A DNA stretch of 64,000 nucleotides from Lachnospiraceae bacterium. GTDB taxonomy: Bacteria; Bacillota; Clostridia; Lachnospirales; Lachnospiraceae. Below are positions 9,332 through 17,549 of the stretch, piece after piece. The stretch spans positions 1,806 through 65,805 of the forward strand of contig JAJQIL010000072.1 in assembly GCA_021199235.1 (NCBI GenBank), in the 5' to 3' direction. The notes under the pieces are model-generated. The model worked only from the letters and a program-made list of their open reading frames with translations. It made no database searches and had not been told where the DNA came from. Within the stretch, counting starts at the first letter, position 1, and each line of letters starts with the position of its first letter. Made by a program: the position numbers and the translations under genes.

Positions 9332-12131
9332 AGCCAACGAAAAAGCGCATATTCGGTCTGGCAGTGACAGACAGGGATATCAGAAGTTTCTGTATGCACT
9401 TGCACTCTGTGCGATTATGATAGTATACGCTTCCATATATTTTAATAATACGTTTCCGTTAAGTGAAGGCTGGAATGTGAATTATGCGGAACTGGTATTA
9501 CAGGGAAAATTCCCATACCGTGATTTTTATTATTATCTGCCTCCTCTGAACTTATTATTCGATATTATAACGTGGAAGCTGTCGTTTGGGCTGCTGATCG
9601 TGTATCGTGCGTGGTGGTTTGCTCAGAGAATACTGATATTTGAACTTTTGCTTTTCCTTCTGTGCAGATATTATAAACCGCTTTACGCATTTATTGCGTG
9701 CTCTTTTGCTTCTGTATTAGGAACTGCGTCCGTTTATGATTTATTTGGGGATTACAATCAAACGGTAGTGTTGCTGGCTGTCTGTCTTGTTTATTGCGCA
9801 GTCGCTTTTGCCGACGCTTCATCAGAAAAAGACAAATGCAGGAAGCTTATTAAGGCGGGGGTTGTCCTTGGCCTCATGTTTTTGTGCAAGCAAACAATAT
9901 TTGTGGCGGCGGTGTTTACCTTTTTTATAGTGCTGGCAATTGCCTGCCGGCTGAAAAAGGACGGAAGCTTTCCGAGATATATCGCTGCCGTATTTGGCGG
10001 CGTGATGATAATCGTGGTGCCGGCTCTCGCTGTTTTAGGACTCAATGGTGCAATGATTCCTTTTATTGAACAGGCTTTTCTGCACACCGGTGGAAAGGGC
10101 AGCCTGTTTGCTACCCTGGTAATAAGATTAATCAACAAGCTTCCGCACATTTTTGCCTGGATCATGATCGGAGAGGTTCTGATGATGATATATCTGGGAA
10201 ACAAAAAGAATGTGGACGGCGGGAACTCTCAGTCCGGGAGAATGGCATTTATTGTATTTTTGCTGACCGGCTGCGTGATTTTTCAAAATAACATTTCTGT
10301 TTTTCTGAACGCATTATCGGACTATACCCGTTTTTCTTATATCCAGGTGATCATCTGTATTGGTCTGCTCCTCTTTATTGCTGTCCTGATGACAGGATGT
10401 TTCAAAAGACCTGCCCTGCGGATATCGGAGGAGTTCTCTTTGGGTATGTGCTTTGCTTCCTGCGCATTTATTTTAATCGCCGGCTATATTGCTGACATGC
10501 AGTCGGAGGAACTGGCCAATGTAGTATTTAATGAAAGCGGCCTGTATTCTGTAATTACGGAATTCCTCTATTTTGCTGTTTTTTATGCGGTGATCCTGGT
10601 GTTGTTAAAAAAACTGCTTTCTGTAAAGCGGTCCGCCGACAGCGTGAATGAGGGAAAACTCTGGATATCCTGCGGTGCCTTTGCGGCAATTTATTCGTCG
10701 TCAATGGCTTCGGGTTCGGAACTTCCGTATAATGGAATGTGGATTGGATTGTGTTTTATTCTATGTGAAGCGTTTTCCGTTATGGTCTATGATAAACGGC
10801 TGGAACATATTTTAAAATACAGTCTGACCTTTGGATGCGGTATTCTTTCATTTGCGTGCATGGCTCAGAAAACAATGGTTTCTTATGTGTGGTGGGGATG
10901 TGATAGTGAGAGCAGAAGTGAAAAAACTTATACCACAGATATCTCTGCTCTTAAGGGCTTCCGTTTTTCGGAAGATATGAAAAATACACTGGAAGGAATT
11001 ACAGAACTGATAGAGGATAATTGCGATGAAGACGCGGTTATCTATGGGTTTCCATATATTAAACTTTTTAATATTCTGACGGAGCGGTACAATTTCGAAA
11101 CCTTTGTTCCGGTCATGTTTTATGACGTTGTTGATGACCTGTATGTAGATAAGGAAAATGAACTTCTCAAAGATAATCTGCCTGATATCATCATCTGGCA
11201 GGATATTCCCGGCTGTATGGAAACGCATGAGGAGGCATACCGTGACGGAGAATTACTCGAACAGAGGAATACGGAAGCTTATTTTAAGGAGATCCTTCCG
11301 ACAGAATATTATATCCTGGGAACCTATGATAATATTACAGTATATAAGCTCAGGGATAATTCCGGGGCAGCGTGTTTTGCCGGAGGCAGCGGGACGTATG
11401 AGGATCCTTATCTGATTGAGACTGCGGAACAGCTGATAAATTTCAGCACATTAGTAAATGAAGGAAGCAGCTTTGAGGGATGCTATATAAGCCAGACGGA
11501 AGATATCGATCTGGCAGGGTATGACTGGACGCCTGTTGGGGAATTTGGTCTGGAAACGTATTTTTGTGGCGTTTATAATGGCAATGGGCATATTATCAAA
11601 AATATAGAACTGGAGGAATCCGACAGCAATGTCGGAGGTGTTTTCGGAGTACTGGGCGGGGAAGTATATAACCTGGGAGTAGAATATGGATCGATCAGCG
11701 GCGCCTGTGCAGGAGGGATCGCAAGCCACTCGGGTGGAGTCGGCGCGAAAATAATCAATTGCTATACGGATATATCGGTTTCCGGATACCGTGCGGGCGG
11801 AATCGCGGATAACTTTTCCGGAGCCATAGAGAATTGCTTCAGCTTTGGGGAACTAACAGGCATTGAGACGGCAAATGTTGTTTCCTATAATTCGGCACAG
11901 AGTATTTCAAATGTGTTCGTCTGTTCTGAGGCATTGACATCCGCTTTTTATACCGAAGATTTGAATGACAGCAGAATTACGTATTGTGCAGAGGAAGCGT
12001 TTGCTTCCGGTACAGTCGCCGATCAGCTGAACACCTATGTTGAAGAGTGGAATTCAGAGGATGAAGAGGACAGTATTCTTTTAAATGCATGGACGGTCGG
12101 ATCGGACGGACATCCGGTTTTTGCTGATTAG
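9312..12131 (+). CDS. GT-C-like multi-pass membrane protein with a C-terminal GLUG/ZmpB-like domain
   Basis: GKFPYRDFYYYLPPL loop typical of GT-C proteins; many TMs; C-terminal FAGGSGTYEDPYLI...DWTPVG...YFCGVYNGNGH. Confidence 0.7.
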   Translation: MNSVISKANEKAHIRSGSDRQGYQKFLYALALCAIMIVYASIYFNNTFPLSEGWNVNYAELVLQGKFPYRDFYYYLPPLNLLFDIITWKLSFGLLIVYRAWWFAQRILIFELLLFLLCRYYKPLYAFIACSFASVLGTASVYDLFGDYNQTVVLLAVCLVYCAVAFADASSEKDKCRKLIKAGVVLGLMFLCKQTIFVAAVFTFFIVLAIACRLKKDGSFPRYIAAVFGGVMIIVVPALAVLGLNGAMIPFIEQAFLHTGGKGSLFATLVIRLINKLPHIFAWIMIGEVLMMIYLGNKKNVDGGNSQSGRMAFIVFLLTGCVIFQNNISVFLNALSDYTRFSYIQVIICIGLLLFIAVLMTGCFKRPALRISEEFSLGMCFASCAFILIAGYIADMQSEELANVVFNESGLYSVITEFLYFAVFYAVILVLLKKLLSVKRSADSVNEGKLWISCGAFAAIYSSSMASGSELPYNGMWIGLCFILCEAFSVMVYDKRLEHILKYSLTFGCGILSFACMAQKTMVSYVWWGCDSESRSEKTYTTDISALKGFRFSEDMKNTLEGITELIEDNCDEDAVIYGFPYIKLFNILTERYNFETFVPVMFYDVVDDLYVDKENELLKDNLPDIIIWQDIPGCMETHEEAYRDGELLEQRNTEAYFKEILPTEYYILGTYDNITVYKLRDNSGAACFAGGSGTYEDPYLIETAEQLINFSTLVNEGSSFEGCYISQTEDIDLAGYDWTPVGEFGLETYFCGVYNGNGHIIKNIELEESDSNVGGVFGVLGGEVYNLGVEYGSISGACAGGIASHSGGVGAKIINCYTDISVSGYRAGGIADNFSGAIENCFSFGELTGIETANVVSYNSAQSISNVFVCSEALTSAFYTEDLNDSRITYCAEEAFASGTVADQLNTYVEEWNSEDEEDSILLNAWTVGSDGHPVFAD

Positions 12132-12187
12132 ATCATGTGATAACTATTGGGTGAAAGGCATTTAAAATGTAATCAGGAGTTTGCATT

Positions 12188-13468
12188 ATGGGAGGAAAAA
12201 CAGGTATACTGAAAAAGGCAGGTAAGAAAGAAAAAAAAAATAATCCGGCGCAGATTTTCTGTATTCTGATGTGTGTCAGTCTGATCTGCCTGGTTTTTCT
12301 GTTTTTGTTTACCAACGGAAAAACCATGGATCACTTTTTCTTCTGGGACACTGCGGATTCGGGAATGGATTTTTTTAACAGCATCCGATACATCTGGGGA
12401 CGATGGCCTTATAAACTTTACTCTACATTGTATCCCCCGCTGGCGAATCTGTTTTTTCTCTTAATGTACGCGTTTGTTCCACGGGAAATTACGGATACCT
12501 GGGGCCAGGATGCGTCAATACGCCGGACAGAGCTTGACCTTCGGACTTATCAGTGCGGTTTCATGCTGTATATGATCGTGGTAATTGTCTCTCTGGCGAT
12601 CCTTGTGGCGCTCGCATATAAATATATGAACGAAAAAAATATAAAATATGCAGGCGCTGTTTCCATGCTGTTTTGCTTTAGCTATGGTTCGCTCTATGCA
12701 GTGGAGCGGGGAAACATTATCTTATTAACTGCCGGACTTTCCCTGTTTTTTATTGTTTTTTACAGATCAGAAAACAGGATATTGAAAGAGCTCGCTCTGA
12801 TTTCTCTTGCAATAGCAGCCGGATTTAAGCTTTATCCTGCTTTTCTGGGAGTGCTGTTATTAAAGGAAGGAGATAAAAAGGTTATATTCCGCACAATATT
12901 GTATGGCATTTTAGGCGTTGTGATGCCCTGCTTTGCGTTCAGAGAAGGGCTGGAGGCAATTCCGCTCTGGCTCGAGGTGCTGTCTGAATTTGGTTCAGAC
13001 TCTGTTCAGCCCTGGTTCGGAAATGGTATTGACTGCGCGCTGGCAAATGCCGCGCATCTGCTGGATCTGATTCTCAATACGAATCTGGCAGCGATATCCT
13101 GGAAATATGTTGCATATGCAATAGCACTTATTTTTCTGGCAGCGGCATTTTTTATGGACAAATTATGGGAAAGCGTATTAGCGCTGACCTTTGTAATGCT
13201 GTTTCAATCGCAGGCGGATTACTTTTACTGTATGTCTCTTATCCCATTGCTGCTGTTTCTGACGGAAGAAAAAAAGATTACGAAAGAGAACATCATTCCT
13301 TTTGTGATAATGATGTGTATGGTTCTCCCCTTTCCGCTTCTGTATTGCGAGGACGAATTTTATCCCCGGGACATTTTAATACATGTTTCCGTATTTGTTT
13401 TACTGTTCCGGGATATTGCCATAGTGGTACCGAAAATGAGGAGGCACAGAAATGAAGCCGGATCATAA
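12188..13468 (+). CDS. GT87 (DUF2029)-like polyprenol-phosphosugar glycosyltransferase
   Basis: DFFNS...PY...LYPPLANLFF, ERGNI, FKLYPA; multi-TM. Confidence 0.75.
   Translation: MGGKTGILKKAGKKEKKNNPAQIFCILMCVSLICLVFLFLFTNGKTMDHFFFWDTADSGMDFFNSIRYIWGRWPYKLYSTLYPPLANLFFLLMYAFVPREITDTWGQDASIRRTELDLRTYQCGFMLYMIVVIVSLAILVALAYKYMNEKNIKYAGAVSMLFCFSYGSLYAVERGNIILLTAGLSLFFIVFYRSENRILKELALISLAIAAGFKLYPAFLGVLLLKEGDKKVIFRTILYGILGVVMPCFAFREGLEAIPLWLEVLSEFGSDSVQPWFGNGIDCALANAAHLLDLILNTNLAAISWKYVAYAIALIFLAAAFFMDKLWESVLALTFVMLFQSQADYFYCMSLIPLLLFLTEEKKITKENIIPFVIMMCMVLPFPLLYCEDEFYPRDILIHVSVFVLLFRDIAIVVPKMRRHRNEAGS
12231..12240 (+). repeat. A10 homopolymer in the 5' end of the GT87 gene
   Basis: Ten consecutive A at 12231-12240. 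Confidence 0.95.
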
Positions 13469-14729
13469 AAAAATTAAGGGGCTCTCTCCCTTATGGAAAA
13501 AAACTTCGTTTGTCTTTGTTGTACTTATGACGATAAGTATACTGGCGCTTCTGGCGGTTTTTCTGTTTACGCGTGGTGAGGCAATGGAACATTTCTGGTT
13601 TCACTCGCCGATTGATACGGGAATGGATTTTTTTCACAGCATTGAGTATGTAAGGGACAGATCGCCGTATGAAATTTTTGGGACCCTGTATCCGCCTCTG
13701 GCCAATCTGTTTTTCCTTTTCATTTACGCGTTCATACCGGAAAGCGTAGCAGAGAATTGGACATACAATTTTGAAGAATCGGTCAATCTGCGGCAGACAG
13801 TATACGACCCGCGGACGTATCAGAGCTGCATGATGATGTTCCTGATCTTCGTGATATTTGTTACATTTATGGTTGCCATTCTTGTCCGCCGATATTTTCA
13901 GAAAAAAGGCAATCCGTACGCAGGAGCATGCGCCTGCTGTTTTGTGTTAAGCTACGGGGTTTTGCAGGCTCTGGAACGCGGGAATATTGTGATCCTTGCT
14001 GCCGGGTTCTCCTTATTTTTTGTTTCCTTTTATCGCTCGGACAATAAAGTCCTGAAAGAACTGGCATTGATTTCCCTCGCATTTGCTGCCGGATTAAAGG
14101 TATACCCCTGCCTGCTGGGCGTTTTGCTTCTGAAGGAAAAGGATGCTCCTGTCATTATCCGGACGATAATATATGGTATTGCTGCATTTGTTCTTCCATG
14201 TTTTGCGTTCAGGGAGGGGTTAGGGGCAATCCCCATGTGGCTCAATATTTTAATAAATCATACGAACAGTCTGGAATCCCCATGGCTGGGCATTGGGATA
14301 TCGAATGCCTTTGCAGATGGCGCGCATTTGATTGATACATTTTTCGGGACCGGTCTGGCCAATGCTTCTTTTAGTATTGCCGGCATCCTCGTGGCGGTCG
14401 TTTTTCTGATCATCGCTTTGTTCCTGAAAAAGACATGGATGAGTGCACTGGCTATCACATTTGCCATGCTGTTTCAGGATCAGGGCAGCTATTTCCTGTG
14501 CATGGCGCTGGTGCCGCTGATGCTTTTTCTGGGGGAGGAAAAGGAATTTACGCGTGAAAATATCATTCCGTTTGTGATCCTGATGATTATAGCATTGCCT
14601 CTTCCAATCCTGTATACGTATAACGTCTGTAACCCAAGGAATACCATGATTCATATAGCGATGCCTGTTTTTCTGATATGGGGGCTCCTGTATGTGGTAA
14701 AAAACAGAAAGGATTCTGATATACAATGA
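13452..14729 (+). CDS. GT87 (DUF2029)-like glycosyltransferase, tandem paralogue
   Basis: Shares DxGMDFF, LYPPLANLFF, ERGNI and LKELALISLA with the upstream gene; RBS GAGGAGG. Confidence 0.75.
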   Translation: MKPDHKKIKGLSPLWKKTSFVFVVLMTISILALLAVFLFTRGEAMEHFWFHSPIDTGMDFFHSIEYVRDRSPYEIFGTLYPPLANLFFLFIYAFIPESVAENWTYNFEESVNLRQTVYDPRTYQSCMMMFLIFVIFVTFMVAILVRRYFQKKGNPYAGACACCFVLSYGVLQALERGNIVILAAGFSLFFVSFYRSDNKVLKELALISLAFAAGLKVYPCLLGVLLLKEKDAPVIIRTIIYGIAAFVLPCFAFREGLGAIPMWLNILINHTNSLESPWLGIGISNAFADGAHLIDTFFGTGLANASFSIAGILVAVVFLIIALFLKKTWMSALAITFAMLFQDQGSYFLCMALVPLMLFLGEEKEFTRENIIPFVILMIIALPLPILYTYNVCNPRNTMIHIAMPVFLIWGLLYVVKNRKDSDIQ

Positions 14730-15223
14730 AAATCGTTGAGTATATAGTCAGAAAAGCTTTTGAAATCCTGGAGAAGGTGTTCCGGATCAAAGTGAAGCCG
14801 GCCGCAGTGGACGCCATCGTGCAATTTGGAAAGTTTGGTGTTGTTGGAGTGACCAATACCGTTATTTCTTATGTGCTGTATGCGGGAACCCTGCTCCTGC
14901 TGCAGCGCGCGCAGCTGTTTCCGCAGATTGACTATCTGCTCTCGCAGGTGACGGCGTTCGTGCTCAGTGTTCTCTGGTCGTTTTACTGGAACAACCGTCT
15001 GGTCTTTACCAGGACGGAAGGAAAGCACCGCTCTTTGTGGCGCACCCTGCTGAAGACCTATATTTCCTATTCCTTTACCGGCCTGTTTTTAAGCAGCTTC
15101 CTGCTGATCCTCTGGGTGCAGATCCTGGGAATTTCGGAGTTCATCGCGCCGATCTTCAATCTGATCATCAGTGTGCCGCTGAATTTTCTCATCAACAAGT
15201 TCTGGGCGTTCCGGGAAAAGTAA
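14726..15223 (+). CDS. GtrA family lipid-linked monosaccharide flippase
   Basis: QFGKFGVVGVTNT...NFLINKFWAF; four TMs. Confidence 0.88.
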   Translation: MKIVEYIVRKAFEILEKVFRIKVKPAAVDAIVQFGKFGVVGVTNTVISYVLYAGTLLLLQRAQLFPQIDYLLSQVTAFVLSVLWSFYWNNRLVFTRTEGKHRSLWRTLLKTYISYSFTGLFLSSFLLILWVQILGISEFIAPIFNLIISVPLNFLINKFWAFREK

Positions 15224-15231
15224 GATCGGAG

Positions 15232-15258
15232 GTAACTGTGAAGGTACTGAACAGTTAC
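15232..15258. repeat. Family-2 REP-like palindrome with an 8-bp flanking duplication
   Basis: GTAACTGT GAAGGTACTGA ACAGTTAC flanked by GATCGGAG at 15224-15231 and 15259-15266. Confidence 0.88.
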
Positions 15259-15276
15259 GATCGGAGATGCTCCGCG

Positions 15277-15301
15277 AGAATGCGCCTGACGCATTCTTTT
15301 A
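15277..15301 (+). terminator. Probable intrinsic terminator
   Basis: AGAATGCG-CCTGA-CGCATTCT followed by T run. Confidence 0.6.
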
Positions 15302-15330
15302 TTGTAAATGGCCGGATATTGGGTTATAAT
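15302..15330 (+). promoter_or_regulatory. Sigma-A-like promoter for wzm-wzt
   Basis: TTGTAA-17 bp-TATAAT. Confidence 0.6.
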
Positions 15331-15406
15331 GCACGTGTTGGTTCAGGCGGTATGTCTGATCCAGATGTGCATGACTATGTGATACATTCAGGAGAATCAT
15401 CTGTTT

Positions 15407-16183
15407 ATGAAAAAAATTTCAGAAATTTATCATTACCGCACCATGATAGCCAGTCTGATCAAGCGGGATCTGCGTGGCAGATATAAGGGCTCCGTGCTCG
15501 GATTCGCGTGGACCTTTCTGAATCCGCTTCTGCAGCTGCTGGTCTATACCATGGTGTTTTCAACAATTATGAGAGCGGGGATAGAGGATTATTACCTGTT
15601 TCTTTTTGTGGCGCTGATCCCCTGGATTTTTTTCAGCTCCTCTCTGACCGGCGGTGCCAGCTGTATCTGGGTGCAGAAGGAGATGGTCAAAAAGATCTAT
15701 TTTCCACGGGAAGTGCTGCCCATCGCTCATGTGACCTGTCAGCTGGTCAACATGCTGCTTTCTTTTATCATTGTATTCGCGGCGCTTCTGGTATCGGGAA
15801 AAGGTGTGAAGGTGACGATCCTCTGGTATCTCATACCGGTGATACTGGTAGAATATCTGCTGGCGATCGGCATCGCTTTTATTTCTTCATCGCTGACCGT
15901 GTATTTTCGTGATCTGGAGCACATTCTGGGGATTGTCGCCATGGCATGGCAGTTTCTGACACCGGTCATGTATTCGGTAGATATGGTGCCGGACAGTGTG
16001 ATGACCATTTTTATGATGAATCCCATGACGCCGATCATTACCGCCTATCGGGATATTCTGTACTATAAGCAGGCACCGCAGCTTTCCACGCTGGGGCATG
16101 CGTTTGGACTGGGGATTGTATTTTTGCTGTTTGGCTGGTTCCTGTTTGGAAGACTGGAACGGCATTTTGCGGAGGAATTGTAG
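15407..16183 (+). CDS. wzm: Polysaccharide ABC transporter permease
   Basis: RDLRGRYKGSVLGFAWTFLNPL; NPMTPIITAYRDIL. Confidence 0.92.
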   Translation: MKKISEIYHYRTMIASLIKRDLRGRYKGSVLGFAWTFLNPLLQLLVYTMVFSTIMRAGIEDYYLFLFVALIPWIFFSSSLTGGASCIWVQKEMVKKIYFPREVLPIAHVTCQLVNMLLSFIIVFAALLVSGKGVKVTILWYLIPVILVEYLLAIGIAFISSSLTVYFRDLEHILGIVAMAWQFLTPVMYSVDMVPDSVMTIFMMNPMTPIITAYRDILYYKQAPQLSTLGHAFGLGIVFLLFGWFLFGRLERHFAEEL

Positions 16184-17545
16184 ATGGAAGAGACTTACGC
16201 GATCGAAGTCGATCATATATCGAAGCGTTTTAAAATTTATCTGGACAAAGGACATGAGATCAAAGATTATGTCACTTCCAGCCGACGCAGAAAATACGAG
16301 AATCGGGAAGTCCTCAAAGATGTCAGCTTTAAGGTAAAAAAAGGAGAGGCGATCGGCCTCATCGGCCATAACGGCTGCGGTAAGAGTACGACGCTGAAGC
16401 TTCTCACGAAGATCATGTACCCTGACAGCGGCACCATCACCATGCGCGGACGGGTGTCCAGCCTGATCGAGCTTGGAGCCGGGTTCCACCCGGATATGAG
16501 CGGCCGCGAGAATATTTATATCAACGCTTCCATTTTCGGCCTGACAAAAAAGGAAATCGACCGCAGACTGGACGATATCATCGCTTTTTCAGAGCTGGAG
16601 GAATTCATTGACAATCCGGTCCGCACCTATTCGTCAGGAATGTATATGCGGCTGGCGTTTGCGGTGGCTATCAATGTCGACGCTGACATTCTTCTGATTG
16701 ATGAAATCCTGGCTGTGGGCGATGTGAACTTTCAGGCGAAATGTTTCAACCGCCTCCGTGAGATCAAGGCAGAAGGGACAACCATCGTGATCGTGTCTCA
16801 TTCCATGTCGCAGATTGAACAGATCTGCGAGAGATCGATCTGGATCCATGAAGGGCTGGTCCGGGAGGAAGGCGCGCCGACAACGGTTGATGAGCATTAT
16901 CTGGATTACATGGGAAGAATGCACAGTCAGGCAAAGGCGGCGAAAACCGGTATAAAAGGTGAGGAATCGAAGAAAAAGAACAAAACCGACTCACAGGAAG
17001 AAAAGACAGGAAAAACGAAAAATGCGGAAACGGCGGGAGACACAGGAAAAGCCGGAAATGTGAAGAGCTTCGGAACTGCCGATCATGCGCAGGACAGTCC
17101 CGGACAGAATACGGAACCAGAGACAGTTCAGCGAAACACCAGAATCACCAGAGTCTGTCTCTGTGATCGGGACGGACAGGAAAAATCACGATTCCGGTGC
17201 GGGGAGCCGGTGCAGCTTCGGATTGCATATCAGGCAGATCTAAGTGAGCTGGATAACCCGCTGATCGGATTAAAGTTCATCCGCAATGATGCGCTTGTCT
17301 GCTATGGAACCAATACGGAACGGGAGCAGATCAGGAACATTCCGTTTCATGAAAAGGGAACCCTGTATTGCAATATTGAAAGGCTGAATCTGGCGCCGGG
17401 AGAATACTGGATTGACGTTGCCTTCAGGAATTTTGATATGACCGCGCTGGATTACGCGGAGAAATGCTGTTGTTTTCAGATGTATTCCACTGTGAATGAA
17501 ATCGGCGTGGCCCGTCTGGACCATACGTGGCAATTTGAGGATTAG
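16184..17545 (+). CDS. wzt: Polysaccharide ABC transporter ATPase with C-terminal carbohydrate-binding domain
   Basis: GHNGCGKST, YSSGM, LLIDE; C-terminal Wzt_C-like beta domain (LNLAPGEYWIDVA). Confidence 0.92.
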   Translation: MEETYAIEVDHISKRFKIYLDKGHEIKDYVTSSRRRKYENREVLKDVSFKVKKGEAIGLIGHNGCGKSTTLKLLTKIMYPDSGTITMRGRVSSLIELGAGFHPDMSGRENIYINASIFGLTKKEIDRRLDDIIAFSELEEFIDNPVRTYSSGMYMRLAFAVAINVDADILLIDEILAVGDVNFQAKCFNRLREIKAEGTTIVIVSHSMSQIEQICERSIWIHEGLVREEGAPTTVDEHYLDYMGRMHSQAKAAKTGIKGEESKKKNKTDSQEEKTGKTKNAETAGDTGKAGNVKSFGTADHAQDSPGQNTEPETVQRNTRITRVCLCDRDGQEKSRFRCGEPVQLRIAYQADLSELDNPLIGLKFIRNDALVCYGTNTEREQIRNIPFHEKGTLYCNIERLNLAPGEYWIDVAFRNFDMTALDYAEKCCCFQMYSTVNEIGVARLDHTWQFED

Positions 17546-17549
17546 CAGG

